NCBI GenBank assembly: GCA_016187205.1
Contig: JACPKE010000023.1
Coordinates: 1-40,617 of the forward strand
Direction of reading: 5' to 3'
Source of the DNA: Candidatus Brennerbacteria bacterium
GTDB taxonomy: Bacteria; Patescibacteriota; Minisyncoccia; UBA6257; JACPKE01
Length of the DNA: 40,617 nucleotides
Shown: piece by piece, positions 18,005 to 27,248 of the stretch
Layout: every line of letters starts with the position of its first letter
Position numbering within the stretch: position 1 is the stretch's first letter
Made by a program: the position numbers and the translations under genes
Notes under the pieces: model-generated
Told to the model about the DNA's origin: nothing
Database searches by the model: none
The model's input: the letters and a program-made list of their open reading frames with translations, nothing else

Positions 18005-19256
18005 AAATAATATTTTTAATCCTCTTTAAAGCTTCGTCAAGTTCTGATTTTTCAGTAAATTTTCCAAAAGTAAACCGCAGACTCTGCCTGATTCTTTTTT
18101 CATTACAGCCGATTGCCGCCAGAACACTGGAAAGTTTGACTGAACGCGCCGAACAGGCCGAACCGGACGAAACCGCAATTCCGGTCAGATCAAGCTTTAC
18201 CAATAGATCCTCCGCCGAATATCCGGGCAGGCAAATATTTAAATTATTAGGTAAGCGATTTGTGAAACTTCCATTAACAGCGGCTCGCGGAAAAATTTTC
18301 TTAAATCCATGCCAAAAATAATCGCGAAGATTTTTTATTCTTTTACTTTCCTGTTCCCTGTTTTCAACAGCCAACTCAACGGCTTTGGCAAAACCAACTA
18401 TTAAAGGAACGTTTTCCGTGCCGGAACGAAAACCAAATTCCTGGCCCCCGCCGGTGAGAATAGAATTTAGAATACAGAATTTAGAATTTAGAGAACGAAC
18501 ATATAACGCGCCAACGCCTTTAGGGCCGTAAATTTTATGGCCCGACAACGTCATTAAATCAACGCCAAGCTTGTTAACATCGCAGTCCAGATACTGAAAT
18601 GACTGCGCAACGTCGCTATGTAAAATGGGAAATGCGACATGAGCAATGCGACTATTTTCTACATGTCGCTTGTTGCTTGTCGCTCGAAAATTTCCGATTA
18701 TTTCGGCGATTTCCGCAATCGGCTGAATTGTTCCGATTTCATTATTAGCGTGCATTATAGACACTAAAACAGTTTGTTCGTTTAAAGCCGCTTTTAATTT
18801 TTTCAAATCAACAAAACCAGCGCGGCTTACCGGCAAATAAATTACTTCAATACCGCTACTTTCCAAATCCCGCGCGGTTGCTAAAATAGATTCATGCTCA
18901 ATTGAAGAAACAATAATACGGGGATTTAAAAGCTTCCTATATTCTAAATTCTGTATTCTAAATTCTCTAACTGCGCCGCGCAGCGCCAGGTTATTAGCTT
19001 CCGTCGCCGAGCCGGTAAAAATTATTTCCCGGAAATCAGCACCAATTGCCGCGGCAATTTTTTCCCGCGACTCATCCACCCCTGCCATTGCTTCCTGGCC
19101 AAAAAAATGCAGAGAGCCCGGATTGCCGAATTTACGGCCAAAATACGGCCTCATGGCTTTCTCAACTTCAGGATCAACCGGTGTAGTAGCCGCATAATCC
19201 AAGTAAATTTTATCAGTTTTTTTATTAAAATTTCCTGCCATCAAAAAATTCTGCAA
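17997..19256 (-). CDS. iscS: Cysteine desulfurase (IscS/NifS)
   Basis: YLDYAATTP, SGHKIYGPKG, SSGSACS. Confidence 0.93.
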   Translation of the reverse strand: MQNFLMAGNFNKKTDKIYLDYAATTPVDPEVEKAMRPYFGRKFGNPGSLHFFGQEAMAGVDESREKIAAAIGADFREIIFTGSATEANNLALRGAVREFRIQNLEYRKLLNPRIIVSSIEHESILATARDLESSGIEVIYLPVSRAGFVDLKKLKAALNEQTVLVSIMHANNEIGTIQPIAEIAEIIGNFRATSNKRHVENSRIAHVAFPILHSDVAQSFQYLDCDVNKLGVDLMTLSGHKIYGPKGVGALYVRSLNSKFCILNSILTGGGQEFGFRSGTENVPLIVGFAKAVELAVENREQESKRIKNLRDYFWHGFKKIFPRAAVNGSFTNRLPNNLNICLPGYSAEDLLVKLDLTGIAVSSGSACSARSVKLSSVLAAIGCNEKRIRQSLRFTFGKFTEKSELDEALKRIKNIIYG

Positions 19257-19279
19257 TAAAAAGGCTGATTTTAAAATAC

Positions 19280-19308
19280 TTGACTTTTATTCGCTATATG
19301 TATATAAT
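19280..19308 (+). promoter_or_regulatory. Sigma70 promoter
   Basis: TTGACT-17 nt-TATAAT. Confidence 0.7.
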
Positions 19309-19354
19309 ATTACAAGTTGAAATTGAAAATTTTAATTTAAAAAGGAGAGATATA

Positions 19355-19579
19355 ATGTGCACAATATTTTTGCCATACAAATGGGACGTAAAACAAACAA
19401 TGACAAAAGTAAAACGTGCTTTGAATAAAGCTGAAAAGACGAAACAAAAACGCCTTACTATTAATGTAAGGACTATAAGTCATTTATATGAATTTTCCAA
19501 AAACGTCATTCAAAGCAGCGACAGACTAGACGAAGAGGCGGGGAGGACACAGGAATACCTAGTATCCAGATTCAAATAG
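19355..19579 (+). CDS. Small hypothetical protein, 74 aa
   Basis: Own promoter, AAGGAG SD, terminator-like hairpin near 19620-19654. Confidence 0.7.
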   Translation: MCTIFLPYKWDVKQTMTKVKRALNKAEKTKQKRLTINVRTISHLYEFSKNVIQSSDRLDEEAGRTQEYLVSRFK

Positions 19580-19698
19580 ATATTAACCGTCTAAGTTATT
19601 AAATAAAAACTTTCACAACGAGCCTAGGAAGTAAAATCTTCCGGGCTCTTTTTTTAAAAATAAAATTGCTTTTAACGTTTAAGAATAAAAAGATTTAT

Positions 19699-19917
19699 TT
19701 AATTTTGTCTAAAATCATTTTCGGTTAAATTCGCTTGGCGCAAAATTGATCTAAAAGTTCCATAAGGAATTTCTTTTCTGCCGGCTGGAACAATTACGGT
19801 CAAGGTTGGATTTCCAGTTTTTCTAAATTTAGCATGACTGCCTTTTTGGGAAATATAAATAAAGCCCTTTTTCTGAAGGACTTTGATAATTTCCGAAGAT
19901 GAATAAAATTTAGGCAT
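19699..19917 (-). CDS. hicA: HicA-family toxin
   Basis: GF....QKGSH.KF, VP...KEI..GTF.SILRQA. Confidence 0.9.
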   Translation of the reverse strand: MPKFYSSSEIIKVLQKKGFIYISQKGSHAKFRKTGNPTLTVIVPAGRKEIPYGTFRSILRQANLTENDFRQN

Positions 19918-19983
19918 GGCAAATTGATGCCTTTGATAATTTCCGAAGATGAATAAAATTTAGGCATGGCAAATTGATGCCTT
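19881..19983. repeat. Exact 50-bp tandem duplication of the hicB/hicA junction
   Basis: 19881-19930 is identical to 19931-19980. Confidence 0.92.
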
Positions 19984-20178
19984 CACAAGTTCCGGTTTTT
20001 CAATTTTTGTCACTTTCGGAATTTTTATATCCTCAAAATACAACTCCAGCGCCTCATCCAACGCCGTTAATGCTTCTTTCTTGGTTTTACCAAAACTTGA
20101 AATATCAATATTTAAACACTGGGCGACATAAAATTTGCCTTCCTTCCAAACCACATTTTTAAAATTAAGTTGACGCAT
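19960..20178 (-). CDS. hicB: HicB-family antitoxin (short)
   Basis: EG.FYVAQC....ISSFG.T..EAL..L.EALELY. Confidence 0.88.
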   Translation of the reverse strand: MRQLNFKNVVWKEGKFYVAQCLNIDISSFGKTKKEALTALDEALELYFEDIKIPKVTKIEKPELVKASICHA

Positions 20179-20234
20179 ATTTTATTGTTTCTATGCCATC
20201 ATATTATCAAATAAACAAAAATAAATCAAATCGG

Positions 20235-20798
20235 CTACAACAGCTGCGCCTGCACTTTTTCTTCTTTAGGATAATTAAAAGCCAGTTTTATCATTTCCGG
20301 ATGGTCGCGGCGCGGCACCCAAAGATACCCTTGTTTTTGCGCCATTTCATAAAGATCCTTGGTCAGTTTAACGTCATTAATACAATAATTTTTCAATTCT
20401 TCAAAATTGCCCTTTTTATAAAGCTCAATCGCTTCAAGGCCATGGTGAGTTTTCCCGATTCCGATATTTGCCTGAGCCAAAGCGTTTAAACCAATTCTAA
20501 AACCAACGGCTTTTTGCACGTCTTCAAACAAATCAACGGTCGGTATGGCGGTCACGTCAAAGCTGAAAAATCTTTTTAAAACAGGCATATCAAACTTCCT
20601 TAAACAAAAACCGACAACCAGCCGCGTTCTTTTCAAAAGCTCACCCAGCTTGTCAAGCTCATTCTCAAAAAAAGACAAATAAACGTCCTGGTCATAAGAA
20701 TAAACACCGACAAAGGACGGCTCCAAAGCGCCGGTATTATCCTGACCAACGTCAAAAAACGAATTTTTTGTTTCTATGTCTAAAACTATTTTATCCAT
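20235..20798 (-). CDS. RNase H-like / DEDD exonuclease domain protein (YprB-like)
   Basis: LDIET, GF...FD, DL, YC.NDV. Confidence 0.82.
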   Translation of the reverse strand: MDKIVLDIETKNSFFDVGQDNTGALEPSFVGVYSYDQDVYLSFFENELDKLGELLKRTRLVVGFCLRKFDMPVLKRFFSFDVTAIPTVDLFEDVQKAVGFRIGLNALAQANIGIGKTHHGLEAIELYKKGNFEELKNYCINDVKLTKDLYEMAQKQGYLWVPRRDHPEMIKLAFNYPKEEKVQAQLL

Positions 20799-20799
20799 A

Positions 20800-21268
20800 A
20801 AACTTCGCTAATATACGAATGTAGCGCTGATATACGAATTAATTACTGTTGATTATTCTTCTATAACGCACTCCGTCTTTAAGAAAATAGATGAGAATAG
20901 CCAATTTTAGATTAACATTTTTCAAATATGAAACAACTTGATTAATATGAATATAGCCTAATTTCGGCATTATCTTCATTTCAACAACGATTGTATTTTC
21001 TACAACAAAATCTAAAAACACTCGTCCTATATTTTTATTATTAAAAGTTATAGCTACAAATTTTTCTTTTTCAAATTTTATCCCAAGGTCATTTAATGTT
21101 AAAGCATAAGCTTTTTGATAAATATTCTCTTGATATCCCCAACCCAACTTATTATATACATCAAAAGCCGCGCCAATTAATTTAAAACTAAGTTCCGGAT
21201 AAAAAAGATCTGTCTTTTTAACTGACGCATTAGTATATTCGCGCTTGATTCGCATATTCGTGAAGTTT
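20800..21268 (-). mobile_element. Inverted-repeat-bounded GxxExxY cassette
   Basis: AAACTTCGCTAATATACGAAT ... ATTCGCATATTCGTGAAGTTT; the ORF fills the interior. Confidence 0.65.
20839..21255 (-). CDS. GxxExxY protein (PD-(D/E)XK nuclease superfamily)
   Basis: LGWGYQENIY, LDFVVE...VVEMK, Q..SYL. Confidence 0.92.
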   Translation of the reverse strand: MRIKREYTNASVKKTDLFYPELSFKLIGAAFDVYNKLGWGYQENIYQKAYALTLNDLGIKFEKEKFVAITFNNKNIGRVFLDFVVENTIVVEMKIMPKLGYIHINQVVSYLKNVNLKLAILIYFLKDGVRYRRIINSN

Positions 21269-21746
21269 ACACGTGTCTATCGGCAACTTTTGAAGCCGCA
21301 TAACTGTCTGGTTTTGTCCTTACTTCAAAATTATGCGCCCGAATCATTCCGACCACTTCTTGAATCATTGTTTTAGTCGGTCCGTTTTCGCCTACATCAA
21401 CATGAATTTCAAAATCAAACTTTGGCGTCTGCTGTCCGGAAAACTCATCAAAAACATCCTGCGCTATTTCCAAAGAAAGCATAACTTCTTTTAAAATCCG
21501 GTCACGCAAAGTGTAAAATTTGTCAAAAGTAACATGCCGCCAAAAGTAACGGCCGCCGTTGCCCACGCGATGAACCACAATAGCGGTAACAAAATCAGCC
21601 AAATCCCCGCTGGTTTTTTCGGAATCGGTTCCAATAATAACTTTATACCGGCGGTTAGGCTCAGCCAGCATAAAACGGATAACTTCATCCACCACTTGTT
21701 TGGGCGTTAAACGAAGACCGAAAGAACTATTAAATAGAACTGGCAT
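21267..21746 (-). CDS. YkuK/DUF458 RNase H-like protein
   Basis: IGTDS, FVTAIVVHRVG.GG, EIHVDVG, KP.SYAAS.VADRH. Confidence 0.85.
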   Translation of the reverse strand: MPVLFNSSFGLRLTPKQVVDEVIRFMLAEPNRRYKVIIGTDSEKTSGDLADFVTAIVVHRVGNGGRYFWRHVTFDKFYTLRDRILKEVMLSLEIAQDVFDEFSGQQTPKFDFEIHVDVGENGPTKTMIQEVVGMIRAHNFEVRTKPDSYAASKVADRHV

Positions 21747-21751
21747 TAATT

Positions 21752-21802
21752 TAGTCCTTCGACTTTGCTCAGGACTAACCCTGAACTTACCGAATGGGTT
21801 AG
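21752..21802. repeat. REP-like doublet
   Basis: GTCCTTCGACTTTGCTCAGGAC plus AACCCTGAACTTACCGAATGGGTT; relatives near 24210-24230 and 24389-24411. Confidence 0.65.
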
Positions 21803-21819
21803 TTTGTAGCTTATAGCTT

Positions 21820-22848
21820 TTAGCTTATAGAGTCAATGACTTTTTTAAGTTCGTGTAATTTATTTTTAAAAATATCTTTATAAACCGCCTCAACATTCAA
21901 ACGAAGCAATGGTTCGGTGTTAGATAAACGAAGATTGAACCACCAGCTTTTGTCAAAGCTTCCGCCGGCAATGCCATTTTTAAACTCCATTGTCAGTCCG
22001 TCCAAACGAGAAATACGAGCGGCGGACTTGCGGTATTTTTTTTCTATTGCTTTTAAAATCAACTCCTTATTTTGAATTTTAAAATTCATTTCTCCGGAAT
22101 GATGATAAACCGGCAATAAATCAATAAAATCGGATAAGTAATAAGGCAAGCGAGAAACCGCGCTGATAATTTGAAGAGCGGCGGTAATGCCGGAATCAAA
22201 ATAAAATCCGTTCGGGCCATCGCCAGAACGAGATAAGCCATCGATTTGTCCCGCCTTGGCGGTGGCTTGTCCCGCCTTGGCGGTGGCAAAAAAATAATAA
22301 TGGCCCGACTGCTCGCAACCAAGGGGAATTTTCTTTTGTTTCATTAATTTTTTTATAAAAAAATGTCCAACCTTGCTTTCAACCAGTTGAAAATCCAAAT
22401 TTGTAACCGCGTTTTTTTTAACCAGCCAACCGGTTCTAACATCAGCAATAACTTTTAACTCTCGCTTTAAATTATTAATTTTGAAATACCAGATAAGCAG
22501 ATAAGCGACAACATCCGAATCTACAACCCGTCCTTTATTATCAATAAAAAAAGCTCGGTCTCCGTCAGCGTCAAAAATCGCCCCCAAATCAGCTTTATTT
22601 TGAATCACGGCTTTTTGGAGCTGTTTTAAAGCGCCGGCGGCGGTAGGATTAGGGCCATGAGCGGAGAAATTGCCATCAGGCCGGCTGTTAATTAAAACAA
22701 CATTCAACTTTAAACTTTTAACCTTTAACTTATTCAAGACCAACCCGGTTGTTCCATTAGAACAATCAAAAACCACTTTCAGAGGTTTTTTGATATTAAT
22801 AAAACTATTTAAAAATTTAACGTATAATTGAAAATAATTCTGGGACAT
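21820..22848 (-). CDS. Phosphomannomutase/phosphoglucomutase, domains 2-4
   Basis: FDADGDR, GCEQSGHYY, R.SNTEP. Confidence 0.88.
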   Translation of the reverse strand: MSQNYFQLYVKFLNSFINIKKPLKVVFDCSNGTTGLVLNKLKVKSLKLNVVLINSRPDGNFSAHGPNPTAAGALKQLQKAVIQNKADLGAIFDADGDRAFFIDNKGRVVDSDVVAYLLIWYFKINNLKRELKVIADVRTGWLVKKNAVTNLDFQLVESKVGHFFIKKLMKQKKIPLGCEQSGHYYFFATAKAGQATAKAGQIDGLSRSGDGPNGFYFDSGITAALQIISAVSRLPYYLSDFIDLLPVYHHSGEMNFKIQNKELILKAIEKKYRKSAARISRLDGLTMEFKNGIAGGSFDKSWWFNLRLSNTEPLLRLNVEAVYKDIFKNKLHELKKVIDSIS

Positions 22849-22854
22849 CTCAAC

Positions 22855-23289
22855 TTATCTTTTAAGCAATTTTAATATTTGGACGCCGCTTATCGGAACG
22901 GCGTTTCTGCCGACGATTTTCAAACCATTATATTCTTTCGGATTATGCGAAGCGGTAATCATTATGCCGCCAGCCGCTTTAAAATGATTCACCAAAAAAT
23001 AAAACATCGGCGTGGTCATAACCCCGCCTGGAATAGTTTTTAGTTTATAGTTTTTTCCGCCAGAGGCGGATCCGCCTTCGGCGGAAGTTTCTAGCGATTT
23101 TAACACTGCTTTATAAAGTCGAGGCGAGCTTAAACGGGCATCCCGCGCAATTAAAACTTTCCCATGCTGAAATATTTTTACAATTCCCGCAGCGATAAAC
23201 CCAACTGTTTTCTCGTTGATTTCTTCTGAATACCGTCCGCGAATATCATAAGCTTTAAAGATGCCAATATTTTTAATTTCTTTAAACAT
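22855..23289 (-). CDS. Phosphomannomutase/phosphoglucomutase, domain 1
   Basis: FKAYDIRG, ITASHNP..YNG.K. Confidence 0.88.
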   Translation of the reverse strand: MFKEIKNIGIFKAYDIRGRYSEEINEKTVGFIAAGIVKIFQHGKVLIARDARLSSPRLYKAVLKSLETSAEGGSASGGKNYKLKTIPGGVMTTPMFYFLVNHFKAAGGIMITASHNPKEYNGLKIVGRNAVPISGVQILKLLKR

Positions 23290-23337
23290 AGCGAAAAAAA
23301 AATATTTAATATTGAGTGCCCGCCTAAACCCTCGCGC

Positions 23338-24102
23338 CTATTTTAATAATGTCAAAATTTGATCGTGAATTATTTTATTAGATACAACGATATTTTTTGA
23401 TGATTCAGAAATAGGATTGCCGCTAAAATCCGTTATTTCGCCGCCAGCCTCTTTCACAAGTAAAACCCCCGCTCCATAATCCCAATAATTAAATTTTGTT
23501 TTGTAATAAGCATCTATTTCACCGGAAGCAATTCGAGCGAGATGAAGCGCTCCGCTGCCTAAAATCCGAATATGTCTAACTTGAGCGCAAATTTTGCTTA
23601 AAATTTCATAGTTTTTTATTCTTGCTTCAACATTTGAGGAATTATCAGTTGCTAATATAGTATTAATTACCTGTTTTTCGAGAGATACATTAATTTTCTT
23701 ATCATTCAAATAAGCGCCTTTCCCCTTTTCTGCGCTGTAAAGTTTATCCGATAGCGGATTATAAATTAATCCTAGAATTAACTGCTTATTTTGTTCTACG
23801 GCTATGGAAATACAAAATTCCTCTATGCCTCTGGAGAAATTTATCGTTCCATCCACCGGATCAATGATCCATCTAAATTCAGATGAATTATTTTCTTCCC
23901 CTTTTTCTTCGGAAAGTATAGAGTGATTAGGAAAATTTTTTTTAATACAATCAATAATAATTCTTTCTGATTTCAAATCTGCTTCTGCAAGAATATCAAG
24001 TTTATTTTTCATTTCATATTTCTTAATGCTTCCCCCAAATAGCTGTTTTAAAACGTCTCCGCTTTCTTTAATTGCTTCAATTGCGATATTTTTAATATTC
24101 AT
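23338..24102 (-). CDS. suhB: Inositol monophosphatase family protein
   Basis: SEE, WIIDPVDGTINF, WDYGAG....EAGG. Confidence 0.88.
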   Translation of the reverse strand: MNIKNIAIEAIKESGDVLKQLFGGSIKKYEMKNKLDILAEADLKSERIIIDCIKKNFPNHSILSEEKGEENNSSEFRWIIDPVDGTINFSRGIEEFCISIAVEQNKQLILGLIYNPLSDKLYSAEKGKGAYLNDKKINVSLEKQVINTILATDNSSNVEARIKNYEILSKICAQVRHIRILGSGALHLARIASGEIDAYYKTKFNYWDYGAGVLLVKEAGGEITDFSGNPISESSKNIVVSNKIIHDQILTLLK

Positions 24103-24255
24103 ATTTTTCTTGCTTTAATTTAAACAAAAATCTGCATAAACTAAAGCATGATTGAATTTTACCTGATTTTACTTAATAATAGAAATAAGGGCTTTCTCTG
24201 AATTTTCAAGTCCTGAGCTTGCCGAAGGACGCAGAAAATTCAGCCAGCAAACCTT

Positions 24256-24370
24256 ACCCCCTCCTTTTAGACGACCTGGAATATATATAAAACATGAAAA
24301 AATCAAAAAACATAAACAACTTTAAAACTCAAATGTTATATCTTATTAAGGTCGCTCAAAAGGAGGGGGT
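24256..24370. mobile_element. MITE-like element with about 22-bp imperfect TIRs
   Basis: ACCCCCTCCTTTTAGACGACCT ... AGGTCGCTCAAAAGGAGGGGGT; no clear TSD. Confidence 0.6.
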
Positions 24371-24466
24371 GCTCAATGTTGTGGGACATTCGGCTGAGCT
24401 CAGTCGAAGCCCTAAAATTATTGCGCCTCGCATTGAACTCGGCTTATAATTTTAGACAACATTGGC

Positions 24467-26584
24467 ATGTCCCGCAACAATAAAAACGGAAAAAACGGCA
24501 AAAATGGCGCAAACAATGAAGAGAAACAGCGGCTGCACCCGGATGTCAAGAAATCAGTACTGGCAATTATCCTTCTTGGCATAAGCGTTTTGATGATATT
24601 AAGCGCGTTCAACGAAGCCGGTCCGGCCGGACAATTTTTTTATTCTTTCTTGTCAAAACTTTTCGGCTGGGGATATTACATCTGGCCGATGACGCTTTTT
24701 ATTTCCGCCTGCGTCATGCTTTCGGCTAATCGCGCCCGTCCTTTCCCCATAACCGTGACAGCGGCCGTTGTTTTCATAGCCGCCGGCCTTGGCATAATTG
24801 ACATCAACTTTCCGCAACAGGGCGGGTTCACCGGCTCGTTAATAGGCGCCATTAAAATTCCTTTCGGCTATCCGGCTTCGTTGGTAATTTTAACCACTTT
24901 TCTGGCCGCGGCTTTCATTATAATGCTGAACTGGCCGATTAAAATTTCCTGGAACCGGCTGATTGCAAAAAAAGAACAAAATAACAACGACACGCAAGAC
25001 CAGCAAGAACTTACAATATTAAACAGCACTGCCGCAACCCGCGCCTCTGTCCAAACCCCGGCTCAAAATTACGCCGCCGAAACTGAATCAAAAACAGAAG
25101 ACCATGGAATAACCAAAAAAGAATACGCTGAAACTAAAACAAAACCATTTAAAGCGATTAAAATGAAAGATTATGTTCCGCCGCCAATTGACCTTCTTAA
25201 ATCATCCAGCGAAAAACCGACAATAGGCGACCTGCGCGCCAATGCCAATATCATCAAAAGAACTCTTGAAAGTTTCGGGATTCCGGTTGAAATGGGCGAA
25301 ATCAGCGTTGGTCCGGCAGTAACCCGTTATACCCTAAAACCGGCCGAAGGAGTTAAAATCTCAAGAATTACCGCTTTAAACCAGGACCTGGCTCTTGCTT
25401 TAGCGGCCCACCCAATAAGAATAGAAGCGCCGATTCCGGGAAAATCCCTGGTCGGCATTGAAGTGCCGAATAAATCAGCGGCTTTGGTGCGGCTCGGTAA
25501 TCTTATGGCTTATCCTGAATTTGCCGGTTCCGGCCCGCTTGGTTTTATCATAGGCCGGGACGTTAGCGGAACGCCGATTTTTTCCGACATCGCTAAAATG
25601 CCCCATCTTTTGATAGCCGGAGCAACAGGCAGCGGCAAAAGCGTAACAATACACTCATTGCTGATTTCCCTGCTTTATAAAAATTCACCAGCCACTTTAA
25701 AAATGATTTTGATAGATCCAAAGAGGGTTGAACTTTCCGTTTATGAAGGCATGCCCCATTTAGTAGCGCCTGTCGTGACCGAAAACAAAAAGACATTGAG
25801 CGTTTTCAGGTGGGCGGTTCAAGAGATGGAGCACCGCTATGAACTCCTTCTGGAAGCCGGCGCCCGGGATATTAAAAGCTATAACGTTAAAACGCAAGAT
25901 AACCCGCTTCCATATTTATTATTGGTTATAGATGAACTGGCCGACTTAATGGCTTCTTACGGCCGCGAAGTTGAGGGGTCAATCATACGGCTCGCCCAAA
26001 TGGCGCGCGCTACCGGAATTCATCTTGTTGTTTCCACCCAGCGGCCGTCAGTTGAAGTCATTACCGGACTGATTAAAGCCAACATCACTTCCCGAATCGC
26101 TTTGCAGGTTGCCAGCCAGGTTGATTCCCGCACCATCTTAGACACCGCCGGCGCGGAAAAACTTTTGGGCAGCGGCGACCTTTTATTCATTTCGCCTGAT
26201 TTTTCCAAACCCAAACGAATTCAAGCGGCTTATATTTCCGAAGAAGAAATAAACAAAGTAACCGACTTTATCAGGGAAAACAATAAAATTGTTTTGGAAA
26301 CAAACGGACAATCATTTGAAGGAGCTGACAGCGGAGCACCGCTCAATAACGAAATTTTTGACGAAGCTATTGAAGAAGAAGACGAGCTTTATGATGAAGC
26401 GGTAAAAATAGTTACGGAAGCCCAAAAAGCGTCGGCTTCCCTGCTACAGCGCCGCCTTAAAGTCGGCTACGCGCGGGCCGCGCGGCTGCTTGATATAATG
26501 GAAGCCAAAGGCTTGATAAGTCCGGGCGACGGTGCAAAACCAAGAGAAGTGTTTTTAAATAAAGATAATAATAATGACTACTAA
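24467..26584 (+). CDS. ftsK: DNA translocase FtsK/SpoIIIE
   Basis: N-terminal TMs, PHLLIAGATGSGKS, IDELADLM, gamma domain LQRRLKVGYARAAR. Confidence 0.96.
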   Translation: MSRNNKNGKNGKNGANNEEKQRLHPDVKKSVLAIILLGISVLMILSAFNEAGPAGQFFYSFLSKLFGWGYYIWPMTLFISACVMLSANRARPFPITVTAAVVFIAAGLGIIDINFPQQGGFTGSLIGAIKIPFGYPASLVILTTFLAAAFIIMLNWPIKISWNRLIAKKEQNNNDTQDQQELTILNSTAATRASVQTPAQNYAAETESKTEDHGITKKEYAETKTKPFKAIKMKDYVPPPIDLLKSSSEKPTIGDLRANANIIKRTLESFGIPVEMGEISVGPAVTRYTLKPAEGVKISRITALNQDLALALAAHPIRIEAPIPGKSLVGIEVPNKSAALVRLGNLMAYPEFAGSGPLGFIIGRDVSGTPIFSDIAKMPHLLIAGATGSGKSVTIHSLLISLLYKNSPATLKMILIDPKRVELSVYEGMPHLVAPVVTENKKTLSVFRWAVQEMEHRYELLLEAGARDIKSYNVKTQDNPLPYLLLVIDELADLMASYGREVEGSIIRLAQMARATGIHLVVSTQRPSVEVITGLIKANITSRIALQVASQVDSRTILDTAGAEKLLGSGDLLFISPDFSKPKRIQAAYISEEEINKVTDFIRENNKIVLETNGQSFEGADSGAPLNNEIFDEAIEEEDELYDEAVKIVTEAQKASASLLQRRLKVGYARAARLLDIMEAKGLISPGDGAKPREVFLNKDNNNDY

Positions 26585-27248
26585 AGAAAAAAATTTCAGC
26601 GCTGCCTTAGCCGGTTTGATTGAAATAAAAGGATTTAATCCGGAAAAACTGGCGGATGTCAGCGGCGTGCCTCCGCATTTTATTGAAAGGCTTATCAATG
26701 AAAATTTTGATAAACTGCCGCCGGCTCCTTACGTGCGTGGATATATTTTAAAAATCGCCGATGCCTTAAACACCGACGGCAACGCGCTATGGCAGGATTT
26801 CCAGAAAGAAAACGAATTGATTAAAAAATCCGGCGCCTATGATCATTTACCTCACAACCGCTTTGCTCCGAAAAAAATCAGCAGAAAAAAAATTATTCTT
26901 TGCGGCATTTTGATTGCCGCGTTTGCTTACCTCGCTTTTAGAAGCGATAATTTATTAGGCCGGCCGAACCTGTATCTTGCGACTCCGGCTATTGACGAAA
27001 TAACCAGCGAGCCGATAATCAAAATAACGGGCCAAATCAATCCAAAAGACGCCGTCAAAATAAACAGCCAGGAAGTTTTTGCCGACCAAAACGGAAATTT
27101 TGAAAAAGACTTAAATCTTCAAATCGGACTCAATAACATAGAAATAAAAGTCAAAAGATTTCTGGGGCGGGAAATCATTGAAAACAGACGTGTGATATAC
27201 GCGCCGCTTAATCAAAATAACAATATTCAACAAAATGACCAACGATAA
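26574..27248 (+). CDS. RodZ-like HTH / TM / Ig-like protein
   Basis: [14 protein letters not shown] motif, one TM, beta-rich C-terminus (L..G.N.I); located between ftsK and recA. Confidence 0.75.
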   Translation: MTTKEKNFSAALAGLIEIKGFNPEKLADVSGVPPHFIERLINENFDKLPPAPYVRGYILKIADALNTDGNALWQDFQKENELIKKSGAYDHLPHNRFAPKKISRKKIILCGILIAAFAYLAFRSDNLLGRPNLYLATPAIDEITSEPIIKITGQINPKDAVKINSQEVFADQNGNFEKDLNLQIGLNNIEIKVKRFLGREIIENRRVIYAPLNQNNNIQQNDQR

